64,000 nt of DNA, from contig QPGO01000039.1 in NCBI GenBank assembly GCA_008632985.1, positions 434,001 through 498,000 on the forward strand, in the 5' to 3' direction. Shown here piece after piece: positions 37,861 to 51,186 of the stretch (position 1 is its first letter; every line of letters starts with the position of its first letter). Source of the DNA: Psammoneis japonica (lineage: Eukaryota). Below the pieces are notes generated by a model that searched no databases, had not been told where the DNA came from, and saw only the letters and a program-made list of their open reading frames with translations. The position numbers were made by a program, and so were the translations under genes.

Positions 37861-39273
37861 TTAAGACGACAATTCCCAAGCCAAATGCTTGATGGACGCA
37901 GCACTCATGGCTCCCATATCTCGTGGAACACACATTCGTTGATCGAGAAATGATGCCAAGGCATCGACGCCTGCAGTATCCTTGGCCTCATCATCATCAT
38001 CAGTTGGATGCATCAGAACAAAAGCCATGGCTCGCATGGCCGCGTCAATTTGATCCTCGGACGACAACTTGTCATCTCTTGCATTCTTAATCACATCCGC
38101 TAATATGTATTCTCTATTCTTCATGATTGTCAGTGCGGCTTGCGCGCTTGGAGTCTCGGCCAGAAAGGGGCGGGTCGATGCGTACTCTTTCCAAACCTCA
38201 TTGTCAATCGTTGACAATGCGGTTTCAAACTCGAGTTGCTCCAACTGATCCATGTTGCTACCAATTTGAGGAGGAATTCCAGCATTTCCAAAACCAGCCA
38301 TGGACAGTACCTTTCGCCAAGAGGAAGCATCGCCCTTGACTCGACACGCATAGGCGGGTACTTGATCCATTGCCTTGTACAGGAAGCTAAATTTGGATAC
38401 AAGGATTCGTCGTTGGGATTCAATCCTTCGTGGAGACATGGAAGTTGATATCGATAGCGCTCTAAAAAGGGTGCCCATGCCACGTCTGCGGCTGTGATGC
38501 TGGATCCACAAAAGAACGGTCCTTCTGACTGGACTCACAAGCTCATCCGTACCTCGCAAGGTTTCTTCAAAGGTACTCTTCCACAGTGGCTCTCCGTTCC
38601 ATTGAAACAAGAAGGCTGCTCTTGAAGAAGGACGAGCCTTTGGAAAAATCGAGCTGAATTTGGATACGCAGTCTCGAACCTCTTGTGAGTCGCTCTGCAA
38701 GTTGTTGGAGGTGGAAAATGTCTCATCGAGTTTGTACACGAGATCCATGCTTTCTCCCTGCGTCTTGCCATTGGGCCATTTCATCTGAGGTGTTTGTCCA
38801 CCAAAATAGCTTGGCCTCGGTCCACCGGTATTATCGATCCGTACTGTATCATAATCGATATTCCCAAGTTCGAGCGTAAGCCATACTCGTTCCGAGTACG
38901 GGCACCAACCGTGTCGTTCTCGAAACAGAGTCGGGCGGTCTTTTGAAAAGGTCGGTGTCTTTGAATCCAGGACAGAATCAATCGATACTGGTACTGGAGC
39001 TTCATATGCGTACTTCACCATGCCCTCCAAGTCATCCCACGATGGTACTTGTGCTTTTAATTGTAATGGCGAGCGGGCTTCCGCTCTGCCGCATAGTAGA
39101 TCGCGATGAGATTGGCTGAAGACAACGAAACCGACACTGGTTCTGAAAGTCAACCATAGACACAAAAGAAGCATATCAAAACTACAGAGGACCATGCTGA
39201 TGTTATGTCGACGTCTTTTCCTGGAGTACTGCATCAACGATCGACGAATACAAGCGCTTTGCACTATCGCCAT
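37861..39273 (-). CDS. Glutathione S-transferase-family protein (CPYS active site), probably plastid-targeted; two compensating frameshifts ~38390-38530
   Basis: [20 protein letters not shown], alternate-frame [15 protein letters not shown]-terminal RMCVPRDMG. Start uncertain. Confidence 0.85.
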   Translation of the reverse strand: MAIVQSACIRRSLMQYSRKRRRHNISMVLCSFDMLLLCLWLTFRTSVGFVVFSQSHRDLLCGRAEARSPLQLKAQVPSWDDLEGMVKYAYEAPVPVSIDSVLDSKTPTFSKDRPTLFRERHGWCPYSERVWLTLELGNIDYDTVRIDNTGGPRPSYFGGQTPQMKWPNGKTQGESMDLVYKLDETFSTSNNLQSDSQEVRDCVSKFSSIFPKARPSSRAAFLFQWNGEPLWKSTFEETLRGTDELVSPVRRTVLLWIQHHSRRRGMGTLFRALSISTSMSPRRIESQRRILVSKFSFLYKAMDQVPAYACRVKGDASSWRKVLSMAGFGNAGIPPQIGSNMDQLEQLEFETALSTIDNEVWKEYASTRPFLAETPSAQAALTIMKNREYILADVIKNARDDKLSSEDQIDAAMRAMAFVLMHPTDDDDEAKDTAGVDALASFLDQRMCVPRDMGAMSAASIKHLAWELSS

Positions 39274-40239
39274 TCCACATCATGGCAATCTATCAAAAGC
39301 AAGAAAAATTCAACCTCGTTCGGTCCGTCATCCGTCCGTATAAACTACTAAACAGCACACGCGCTCATCACCGCAACGATAAAATTGTTGAAAAACCCGG
39401 AGATTGGCCATCCCGTCGTCCGCCCTCCGCCCGGTCATGGTTCTGGACTCCTTTTTATCATTGACACTCGACCATGGTGCCGCTCCGCTGTAAACGGCTC
39501 GCTTTTCATGCTCTTGCTTGATTGTTCACTTTCGGCAATGTAGACTGGTTGCTGGTCATGGGAAAGCGTTTCTTCAGCGCCATGGCAAGCCGCTGCCGGG
39601 AGCCGACGATTGATGAACGACGAATGCCAACATGCTCTGGATTCGCCACAGCATGCTGTCCCGCCCCTTGCACCCTCTGTTGGAGCATAAGTACTTCGAG
39701 TCCCATTGAAAATAGAAAGGACGACGCTCTAAGACACATTCGATCACATTCTACGGATGGGCAGCAGGCTATTTATCCTGTCGGACCACAACGATAAGGA
39801 GACAGATCGACAAACGGACAAGCAATCATAATTTGCGAACTCCAACAAATCCGCGATTGCACATCAGTATCATTTCTACGGTCAATGCATATATTTGAAA
39901 TCATGTCCAGTGATGCTCAAGACTCCCATTCAGGCTGCAAGGGTTTTTGATCCAGTAGGCTTGTATGATCATTCTACTACTCAATCTGTTAAATGTTAGA
40001 GGGTAGACGTCGAAATTGCGAAGCCTGGTTGCCGTGTAGAAACTACTTCTATGTTGATCGCAGTATTGTGAAACAGTCAAGCACAAAACAACAAACCTCT
40101 TCTTGTGTAAGTAGTAACAAATAACGCTGAACTGCAATCGACTTAGATACATGCATTCATCTCCATTGCTTTATCTCTATGAATTTCTGTTTTCCAGGTA
40201 AAAGCGCAAAGCGATCAAGTCAACAAAGAAAACTGAATA

Positions 40240-41629
40240 ATGAAGACCATCATCTTTGCTGTGGCCGTGGCTAGTCTTATCTCTTGCCATGGCGTACATG
40301 CATACTATCCCGAGGGATTTGAGACAGTCACTTGCGAGTACGAAGAGTCTCTCGAGAAGTTAATTGAGGCCGCCGAGGACATCCCAAATTATGTTGATCC
40401 ATGGAACGTCCAAATGTCCTGGAACATGATTTACAATGCGAGAGACGCAAAAACGGAGATCGAGGCTGGAGACGCACTTGCGTCACTTGAGGAGCTCCAA
40501 GCAGTGACCTCATGGGCCCGAAGGATTATCGAAAGAGAGAATTGTCAGACGCGTTACTGTTTGAAAAACCTACATGACATTAGTCAACAGGCTAGTGACG
40601 CGGCCATTGAATTGCTTGAAAGGATGCTCGTGGATATGGCCTATATTATAGGCCCAACCTCTCGTGTCTTCGGCCTGGATGAAGAAGCTCGAAGCCACCG
40701 AGACGGGAGGAGATGGTTTGAATCTGTGTGGACTGTTCAGCGAGGCGTCAGCCTCATACTTCAGCTTATCGGGGAAACTGAATTACCTGTTTGCGATGAT
40801 TATGATGGGATCCCTACGAGCGCTCACTATCCTAACGGCTTCTGCTATGGCACCCCCTTTACTCTGAATGGCAACACGGCAGATTATCCTCGCTACCTGG
40901 GTTTTCAGGATCAGTGCGCCATGCGCTTGACTCCCGACGAACGGGGATATCGTGCTTCATCAGCCTTCATGCGGATGAGAATGAAAGAGGGATTTTCCTT
41001 CTCTGCGCAGTTGGGGTATCGCATTTTTGGTGATCGTCATGGCCAAGGCGATGGAATGACATTCACAATGCACCAGGATCCTCGCGGCGTAAAAGCGCTT
41101 GGGTTGACAGGCGGTGCGCTGGGTGTGTATTCCGAATCATCGCAGTCGTCTCACATTCCCCCGATTTCGCCGTCGCTTGTCGTCGAGATGGACACACGTG
41201 AGTACAGTGTTGATTCGGTCGTTTCCCTTTAAATTGAAAATGAACGTCCAATCCGAACGATACTGACTCATTTCGAATTGCTTTTTGATCCAGAAAATAA
41301 TCCTGGGTATGGCGACAGGGGCGAATACCAAATTCATGTCCTACTCGTCCACACAGGAGGTCATCGCGAGCATCTTGCCCAGGAAAGGCTTACTTCCATA
41401 CAGGACAGGAATCACAGGATCTCTTCTAGTCTTGTATGATGGAGAAAGTTCGACCCTCAGGGTGCGTCACACATCAGATGACTATTTTCTCAGACGTCCA
41501 GTCATCACGACCCATGTAAACTTAGCCAGCTTCTTCACGGGTCGCCAAGTTTTCGTCGGTGTCACTGCAGGCTCGTGGAACTTTGCTGTTGACAATCAAG
41601 ACCTCACGTCTTTTACCTTCTCCCAGTAA
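40240..41629 (+). CDS. Secreted protein with N-terminal helical region and L-type (legume-like) lectin domain; intron ~41198-41293
   Basis: Signal peptide; GDGMTFTMHQDPRG..ALG..GGALG, LVVEMDT, VFVGVTAGS; GTGAGT...CAG intron; apparent frameshift near 41395. Confidence 0.8.
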
Positions 41630-41710
41630 ATGGGTTCACACCATTCATGTCCCCGTGTTCTAATTTCCCAGCCACGGGGATTCATGACACGTTACGTCGT
41701 GATGCGACCA

Positions 41711-42225
41711 TCTACATCCAAGAGATCTATACATCCCTGGAAACGGGGATTCATGAGACTTCGTTTACATTCTTGTACCTTGGAATCTTTCTGTCAGTTT
41801 AAGGATTCATCAAGGTTTACATATTCGGCTCCTTCGCTTCTACATCCAAGAAATCTATATCTCTCTGGAAACGGGGATTCATGAGACTTCGTTTACATTC
41901 TTGTACCTTGGAATCTTTCTGTCAGTTTAAGGATTCATCAAGGTTTACATATTCGGCTCCTTCGCTTCTACATCCAAGAAATCTATATCTCTCTGGAAAC
42001 GGGGATTCATGAGACTTCATTTACATTCTTGTACCTTGGAATCTTTCTGTCAGTTTAAGGATTCATCAAGGTTTACATATTCGGCTCCTTCGCTTCTACA
42101 TCCAAGAAATCTATATCTCTCTGGAAACGGGGATTCATGAGACTTCATTTGCATTCTTGTACCTTGGAATCTTTCTGTCAGTTTAAGGATTCATCAAGGT
42201 TTACACATTCGGCTCTTTCGCTTCT
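41711..42225. repeat. Tandem array, 4 x 128 bp
   Basis: ggaaacggggattcatgag recurs at 41739, 41867, 41995 and 42123. Confidence 0.95.
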
Positions 42226-42349
42226 CCTCTTAGGAACAAATAAATATGATGTTGCGTCTTCGCTTCTGTCTGTTCCAGGTCCTTGGTTTGGACGATATGT
42301 TTGACAGTAGGTTAAAGACGCAAATCAAGTTACACAATGCTTTTCACAA

Positions 42350-42460
42350 CTACCTGCTACTCTCTAGCAGCTACTTACGCTAACTCCTCTACTCTAGAGT
42401 AGAGTAGCTACTGCTAGAGTAGAGCAGCTACTGCTACCACTCTACTCTAGAGTAGTAGTA
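42350..42460. repeat. CTA/TAG-rich low-complexity quasi-palindromic tract
   Basis: ctctactctagagtagag and tactctagagta palindromes, agtagtagtag. Confidence 0.8.
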
Positions 42461-43463
42461 GGGCCACAGCACAGTACGTTGAGAGCGGAGTGCAGCAACA
42501 CAACTGCTCTATCACTCTTTCTCCACTACCAAGAGAGAGAGAGTGCTAACAGCGCTTTTTCGCGAGCGAAAACACCAATGACAGGGGCACTCCACTAGAA
42601 GCCCGCAATGGGCCGGCAGACAAAGCGACAATTCAGCCATCTCAAAACTGAAAAATGGCACTAAACGAACAGAGAATCGGCAGCAAATTTTAAATGCAGC
42701 GTGCATTTGATCTGTTTCTCCCTCTGTCCTTTGTCCAGTGCAGAGGGAGTCAACATTTGACAACCATGATGCTGGTTGCCTGGCAGCAGTTGTTTGCTTG
42801 TCTTTTGTGTTTTCAGCAAGAGAGCAGTTGATTTGCTTGCAACATCACTTGTTCCATGACCCACACTCTCTGCCAGACTGGACAAGCTGCAGTCTCTCTG
42901 GTGGGAACCTGCTCTCTCCATTTTCTGGAGTTGGACATGGCAACTTGCCGGAACAGAAACTCCAGCACTCCGGAGATGGCTCTCTTGCTGTGCCAGGCAG
43001 CCGGGTTGCCCGCCTGTGCCCAGGTGCACACACACACGCACCCTCCCGTGCAAGCCTGCCTGCAATTGCCAGCAATCAGTGCCTGCTCTCCTTGTCATTT
43101 TTTGTTCCTTGCATGTCAAGATGACATGATGATTGAGCATCTCTCCCAGAGATCAAGGTCCAGAGTTGTTGCTGGTGACAGATGGGCAGCCCACACCACA
43201 CAGGCACACCATCAACAAATTCTTGGTTTGCAACACAGCACATGGAAAACTGGAAAATGTTTGAAAACACAGGAGAAGAACTGGAAAGCCCCACAACCAG
43301 GCTTTGATTGCAGCTGCTGCATGATTTGTGCATCTCATGGCTGGCTGGAGGAGACACGGTGTGCCACCCATCACTTGCTTTTGACAGCACCAGGAGATCC
43401 TGGCAGGTGCCCAGTGCAAGACATCCAATGCAAGAAAATGTGTGCCATCTTCAAAAGGTGTGG

Positions 43464-44640
43464 TGCAACACACAGCTGCCAACAAGAGTTGGTGCATCAC
43501 GGCGACGTGTTGCAGCCTTTAAATGTCACAAAGGGCGTGACAAAAACAACCTTTTGTCTGCATGCATGCTGCGCTGTGAATTCAAAGCGGAGTGGTTCAT
43601 CTCGCAACCATCAGGCAGGAGGCCAGGGGTTCGAAACCCTGAGTGGGAGTTGTCTGCAGCAACGTTGATCACTGTCGAACGCGCAAAACTCTGTGCAGTT
43701 CTGTGTGTTCCTTCGCACGCACCCACACTGTTCCGCCAAAACCGTGCAGCGTCAGTGCACGTCAGCAAAGAGCCGCATGGACGCGTGACACATGGGGAGG
43801 AGTGCAACACACAGCCACTGACAAGAGTTGGTGTGTCACGGCGACGTGTTGCAGCCTTTAAATGTCACAAAGGGTGTGACAAAAATGACCTTTTGTCTGC
43901 ATGCACACTGCGTTGTGAATTCACAGCGGAGTGGTTCATCTCGCAACCATCAGGCAGGAGGCCAGGGGTTCGAAACCCTGAGTGGGAGTTGTCTGCAGCA
44001 ACGTTGATCACTGTCGAACGCGCAAAACTCTGTGCAGNNNNNNNNNNNNNNNNNNNNNNNNNNNNNNNNNNNNNNNNNATCCTTGCCAACACTGAAGAAG
44101 TTGCAGCAGCTGAGCCAAGCATCTTGCTCTGCACCCAGCAACCTGAAGAAGCCTCTGCCTCCCAGGGAGCAGGGACCAAACAAGAAGGCATCTCTTTTTG
44201 TGCTGCAAATGCAACCCCACTGCAGTGTGCATGCAGACAAAAGGTCATTTTTGTCACGCCCTTTGTGACATTTAAAGGCTGCAACACGTCGCCGTGATGC
44301 ATTGACTCTCATTGGTGGCTGTGTGTTGCACTCCTCCCCATGCATCACGCGTCCATGCGGCTCTTTGCTGACGTGTGCTGACAGCGCAACACACAGCTGC
44401 TGATGAGAGTTGGCGCATCACGGCGACGTGTTGCAGCCTTTAAATGTCACAAAGGGCGTGACAAAAATGACCTTTTGTCTGCATGCACACTGCAGTGGGG
44501 TTGCATTTGCAGCACAAAAAGAGATGCCTTCTTGTTTGGTCCCTGCTCCCTGGGAGGCAGAGGCTTCTTCAGGTTGCTGGGTGCAGAGCAAGATGCTTGG
44601 CTCAGCTGCTGCAACTTCTTCAGTGTTGGCAAGGATTGGG
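43464..44640. repeat. Direct (~339-bp period) and inverted repeats surrounding assembly gap 44038-44078
   Basis: tcacggcgacgtgttgcagcctttaaatgtcacaaaggg at ~43497, ~43836 and ~44418, and inverted at ~44260-44297; 44079-44330 is the reverse complement of ~44390-44635. Confidence 0.85.
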
Positions 44641-46250
44641 CTGGTGACACAATCTCTTGGTTGTTGCAGTCACTTCTTTAGCTCAACTGCAGGCAGGCAC
44701 TGGCACCAGTTTCTCAAAGAACACCAGTGCTCTCCACAGCCTTGTTCTGAGTCTTGTTGGCTTGCTTCTCTCTGTGACATTCTGTGCTGCATTGGTGCCA
44801 TGTTGAAACTTGACTCCTGTCTCCTCAACCACACAGAGCAGAGGTCTGTGACACATGCTGCCTTTTTGCATGGGAAGTGTGGCCAGCACTGGTGTGTTGT
44901 TGCTGGTTTGCAACAACAAGTCCTCAGTTGATGCAGTGCATCACATTGACCCCCTTCTGCTGGCTGGAGAGCCTCCACCCTCAAAGCAGGACAGAGAATC
45001 AGACTTTTTGTCAGCGCCACTTCACTTGACAAATGCTCTGTCATCACCAGACTGGGATCTCATTGATGAAATTTGTGGTGCGCTGAAAGATGTCAAGCTT
45101 CACAAAATTGCAGTGGCCTCCAACTTGTGCGTGCTGCTTGAGTGGATGAAGGGTCACCCCAGGAGATTGTCAAACCCCATTTCAAGCCCCTCCACTGAAA
45201 GCACATGTCAGTGTTGGAGCAGACAAGATTGCTGGCAATCCTCAAGGCATGCACTCCTTTCACCCAATCAAGCTCACACTTTCCAAAACTTTCTCATTGC
45301 TCTTGGCATTCTCACCGCAGCCAAGCACATCTGATGTGTGGCCATGGCTCCTCCTTTTGGTGGCGGGCATGAGAGAAAAGCACTCTCACAAGCAGGCTGC
45401 ACTTGTGGCCAAATCAACCTGAGCCAAGGCATGGCACACTGCTCTCATAAACTTGCACATCCAGAAAAACAAGTGTCAACTGTGAAGCTCATGATCCACA
45501 ACCTTCTTCTTGCCAACAATGCAACCAACAGAAGGTTCCAACACACCAGCCAGTTGAGGAAGGAAGTGCAGCTTCCCAGCCCATGACAGGAGAAGATGCC
45601 ACAGCCAGGTTCAAGCCATGCAACTTTGCATGACCGTGAAGCTGGCAAAAAACTTCTTCATGGACAACAGCTCAGTTCTTTCAGTGTCTCTGTGTTGTGC
45701 ATGAGTGGTGTTTGCAACACACTGAGCAGAACAGTTTTGCTGCCAATGCTTGAGTGCAGCCACCTGCGGAGGAGCAACATTTCCTGGTGCTGGTTGCTGC
45801 AGGTGCTGTCTCATTGTGCAAGCAAAGAAGAAAACATGTTGGGTGAGACTCACAGTGGATGTGCTTGGTCCAAGCAACTTTGAGTTCGCAGCTTCCCAAC
45901 ACAGTGAATGTGTTTTCTGCAGAGAAAAGTGGGGTGTCCTCATCCTGGTGTGGCTGTTCAATCTTTGATGAGTTTTTTGAGAGTGTTGACAAGGTTGTGA
46001 GGTCAAGGTGAGCCAAGTTCTTCAACCAGCAAAGGGTGGGACAAGCACTTGAAACATGGCTTCACTGCTGCTGCAGCGGTGTGTGCATGTTTGACAAGAA
46101 GAGTTTGATCACCTTCCTCCATGCTGTTGTTTGACACAGCATTGTGGGATGGTGTGGGCACCCCACCAGTTGAGTCACTTTTGATGACTCCAGAGGGGGG
46201 ATCCACTCCACTTTGGTCTTGAGGAAGAAAAGCTTGCTGAAGAAAGCCAT
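44640..46250 (+). mobile_element. Relic 3' part of an RNase H-containing non-LTR retrotransposon
   Basis: Ordered RNase H-like motifs: CSESCWLASL (RxE), VCNNKSSVD (CDN with CG->CA), PDWDLIDEI, WMKGH, AHVSVGADKIAG; then VKLMIHNLL. Confidence 0.6.
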
Positions 46251-47210
46251 CAACTCACATCAGTTGAGTCACTTTTGATGACTCCAGAGGGGATCTACTC
46301 AGCTCTGGTGGGTGACTGAGCTCTGAGAAGTGGAGCAGCACATGACAGAGAAACACACCAAATGACACTCACAAAGTCTGCAGCACAATTTTTCTCATTT
46401 CCACAAAATGTTGCAAGGTCAGATTGCTTGATGGAAACAAAAGATGGACTTTCTTCCACCCAAGAACCTGTTTAGAGTGCAGCTGCTGGTCTAAACTGCC
46501 TGGAACGACAAGGGGGCAAGAGCCCACCCTGTTGCAAGCACAAACTGTGAGCAGGGAAAGGCCACACCAGCTAAAACCAAATTGGCTGTGTGTGCACCAG
46601 TGGAGAGATGTGCTTGCTGCACTGAAGCCTTCAGCTCAACAACATGAGTCACTGTTTTTGTTTTTTCTCTTTGCTTTGCTGCCATGGACATCTTCTGCTT
46701 GGTGCTGGCCCATCAAATCATGACACACCATGTGCCATTTGCTTGCAGACAGCTCTCCAGCTCAGTGACTTTCATGCCTTGCGTTGCATGACCCAATTGT
46801 TCTCTGAGTCTCAAACATTTGAGACTGGGACAGAGGACCAACTCATCAATTCTGATGGTGACTTTGGTGTGGTTGCATCATTTTGCCTGCAGCAGTCAGC
46901 TGGCATTTGCTCTCCACAACAGCACACATGGGCCAGGCGCAGCTCTGATGGTGGCAGTGCTGCTGCAGCTCCTTCTCCAATGGCAACTTGAGCATGCTCC
47001 CCACATGAGCTGCAGCCACGCCACTCATCAAAGTGCAAGTCTTTTGCTCACATGCACTTTTGAGCCATTGTTGTTGGGGATCAAGAAAAAACACTTTTTT
47101 CTTGCAAAAATGGTGCATGTGCCACCAACCAGCATCATGTCTGAGAGCAGAGCAATGCAGTGTGGCAGGGCACTCCACCACTCCACCCCAACACTTGAAA
47201 CTGAAGATCT

Positions 47211-47582
47211 TGCACCATGCTTGAAGAACAAGCATGAATGAAAGCAAAACGAATCACGAAAAGTGAAAATTGTGAGATTAGATTTTGTTCTAAGATTTGG
47301 GTTTTTCCAAAGGAGGTCTTGATGGCCTGAAGCAAGCTTTTGTGCTGCTTCCACTGACCAGGGGCCTCATGGAGAATTAGATTGTGACAAGAGATTGTCC
47401 AGATGCAAGCAACATTGATGTGTCATCATCATCATCCAACTGCACTTGCAATGTTGACATCCTGTCACATCTGTGTGATTGATCTGTCCTTTGCACGCAT
47501 CCACGATTGTGGCATGATGGACATGTGCAATGACACAATTGCAAATGTGTGTGTTTCCTGCTGATTGACAATGCATGCTGCA
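47211..47582 (-). repeat. 3' LTR
   Basis: tgcaccatgcttgaagaacaag...atgcatgctgca; matches 51187-51565. Confidence 0.9.
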
Positions 47583-50500
47583 CTCACCTCCCTGGTTGCA
47601 CATTGGAGTCATTTGCCAAATGGTGTGATTTGACAGATGTTGACAGTGTCAACAACGTCTCCGCGTTTGATCTGCACCTTGCCACCAGTGTGTGCCATTG
47701 ACATTTTGCAGGGTCCAGCACAGGACTGTTCTAATTTTTGAGAGTCATTCTTGAGCAATGTCTTTTCTCCTGCCCTGTGGGGGCAAGGAGTGTGTTGAGC
47801 ATTTTCTTGGGCATCATTTCTGTTTGTGATGCTTTGTTTTCATTTCTGAACAAATTTCCAGTCAGCAACGTGTGTTGGACATTGAACATCATGACTTGAT
47901 CAAAGACTGGTTGTTCTGGTGCAGCTTGCACAGCAGTGTGACAAGTGGGAGCATTTTGCAGTCAAATGTGCACAGCATGTTGCCCAGCACTTGATGTGTG
48001 CTCTCAATGATTGCAGCGGCTTGTGGATTTCATGCAGTTGTGGGCGCTTGCACTCAATGCCATGGTCATCTTGGACCACATTTTTAAATTGATGTCCAAT
48101 GAACTTGCTTCCACAATCACAAGCAATTGACAATGGCCAAGGACATCTGCTTGACCACGTTCATTCCAAGAGTCCAGCAACAGTTGTGGATTCCTCATTT
48201 GGAATTCCCCCACAACTTCAAACAAACACTGGTTGCTGGATCTGTTGTTGTCAAAAGGGTTTCTTTTTCCCTTTGCAATGCATCTTGTGTGCAGTCCAAT
48301 GAGATCCACGTGCAGTCTTTCCCATGGCACTGCTTCTGTGCACTTGGGGGGCAAATGTCGACATTTTTTTTCTTTTTGAATTTCTGGCACGTCTCACATT
48401 TCAACATGCATTTTTGCATGTCTTCTCATGTGGGGCAGACCACCACAAGTGTTGCAAGATTGTCTCTTCTGTTTGATTTCCATGCCAGGGTGCAGAAGGT
48501 GTGCATGACACCAGTCCATCACCACATTTTGCAATGTCTTTGGCACAACAATTTTTTCCTTGTGACACATGAGCAATCAATCTTCTTCACCTCCACAAAA
48601 AGTCTTCATGTGATGTGTTGCATCAAACAATTTCAAGAGAATGTCTTTGTGCCATTTTTGTTCAGTGTCAAGAACTTTGCATGTTGACTGAAAGACATTG
48701 TTGCAGGATTCAGGAGCTGCCTTTGCTGTCAATTTTCAGAGCTGAGGTTTTCACAGGGTTCTGTTTGTTTCACAGCAAGTTGGCTGATTGCATCTGTGAT
48801 GATGTTGGCCTTGCCCTTGAGGCAAATCATTTCAGGACTGCATTTTTCTGTTGTCAGATGCCAGTGCATGACTCTGTCCACAAATTTCCACAGGGAGTCT
48901 GCAGTGCTCACATTTGCCCTGTGGCATCACCATCATGTGCAACCAACGTGCATGTGGTGTTGGCTTGATGTGATGATGTCCCACACTCAAATCAAGTGAC
49001 GTTGCACACATGAAGCCCTTGAGCTTCTGTGGCATGTCTTGAATGTTGGGTGGGGGGGGCATGGAGTGCACATTGACCTCTGACTCAGCTCACAAAAGTG
49101 GGACAGAAATCAAACTCTGCCATTTTTCTTGGATTGAACAAAAGTTGGAGCTGCCCACTCTGAGTGCTCCATTTTCCTTGAGACTCCTGGCATGCAGAGT
49201 CTTTTGACTTCCTTTCAAGCGGTTGCCTCCAAGGCTTGTGGAACCAGAAATGGCTTTGCATGACATGGTGCTGCCCCCATTTCAACACAAGATTGACCAG
49301 TTTTCCAGTCCACATGCCTGAGGAACCATCAAAAAGATTTTCAAATCTTTTTTGGAGAATGTCTGTTGCTTCTGTTCCTCTGGAGTGAGGTGAGTTGCTG
49401 CTGCAGTCACATTGTTGAGGTTGGCAGCATGATGGTCAGCATCAAGGATCCTGTTGACCCTGGCATTGAGATTTTTCATGGCATGAGATTCCTCAATGTG
49501 ATTGGCAATCAGCTTGAAGACCTCTGCATCAATGAACGCACCCCCACATCCTTCATTGGTGCAGTTGCATCTTCCAATTTAATTTCTGTGTGTTTGTGAA
49601 ATTGAGTGTGATCCCAAGACTGCTCATCAAGTTGCTTCTTGTGATCACATCATGTCGGCTTGAAGAAGAAGGAGTGCTGTCCACACACACAGTCTTCTCA
49701 ATCATTTTGTGCGCATCCAATTCAGGCATTGAGAACTGTGTTTTGCATTTGCTGTCAGCTGCAAAGAGCCCTCCCTTGGTTTGCCAAGTGTTGGTGGCGG
49801 ATTCTTTAGTTCTCAATTCCCTCATGAATTTGTTCAAAAGTCAACCATGTCTGATGATGTTCCATTGTCAAGAAGAACATGCAGAGGCTCATTTTTCTCC
49901 TTCCCCAAGGAAGCATTCATGTGAGCGATGGCTGACGGACTGGCATGAGTTGTTTTTGCCTTTTTCCAGGCTTTCTGGTGTCTAGTGGTGCATGTGACTT
50001 GTCAACAGACCCCAGTCATTTCTTGGATTCACTGCGTGTCATCCAGTCAAATTGGTGGTTTTCTTCACTGAGGGTGTCAGCATCAGATTCTTCACCATTG
50101 CGGTTTTTGTCACCCTTCAATGAACTTGCTTTGAGAGTTTTGTTGGCTGCTTGAGCAACTGTCACATTCAATCATTCCTTGTGAGAGACATTTCCATTGT
50201 TGCAATGCAACCACGTGCAATTGCCATTCTGATCTTGCTGTTTTGGGTTCTGCTCAGAATTCTCATGGTGTTCCTCAGCCACTCTTTTAATGACTCAGCA
50301 TTTGTCTGCATTGTGGGTGGTCTTTTTGCAGCAGTTGCACCACTTGTCAGACTCAGGATGTTTGGTGCCAGATGGGCGACCATTTTTGGGACCACTTTGA
50401 GATCTGCCTTTGGTTCTGGAATCAGGCTTGCTGTTGGCATTGCCCTTGACATGAACAGCATCAAAGATGTCCCCTCTGCAACCTCCAGACATTCCAAAAA

Positions 50501-51186
50501 ACTCAACCAACTTGTCAAAGGCATGGTCAAAATTTCAAAACCTTGTGTGGTTGACTGACAATGCCATTTGCAAGGTCCAAGGTTGCAGTCAATGTCCTTG
50601 CTTGAGCTCATGATCTTCCTCAAGCTGTTGGTCGTTTTTGAAGGGAGGACAGAACTTGAAGTCCTCTTTGACCTCCTGAGTCCATGCAGCAATTTCTTGA
50701 ACCTTTGTCAACTCTGGTTTCTTGAGATCACAACACAGACACTGTTTCTGGTTCTGAAGTGCATTCTTTGGGAAGACATGAGTTGAGAGATGATGCAGGC
50801 ACTTTTTGAAGGCTTTTTTGGCTTCTTTGTTCAAAGAGCATCTCCATGCAACAACACATGCATGAGTCAAAATTCATTGGCTTGCTTCCAAATGTTCTGC
50901 CCCACCAGGACTTGGCCACACGTCTTGAGGAATTTGGTGCACTTGGGGACTCCTTGTTTGTTGCAGCACTTGACATTGACTGTGTGTGGGCATGACTCTT
51001 TTTGTCCTCTGGGCAAAAACACTGTTCCATCTTGAGAAGCTGACTCAGTTTGAGCATCTTTGGCTTGGAGATCAACTTCAATGGCATTGAAGCAATTTTC
51101 TCCTGCTTGATGGAAGACTTGCCAGCTGCAACATGAGGTGAAAGTTTCAATTTCATGTTTTTACCTTCTGTGGTGTGCATGCACAA

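Noticed and set aside
41711..42225. CRISPR-like array
   Set aside because: Whole 128-bp units repeat with no unique spacers; no cas genes; eukaryotic context.
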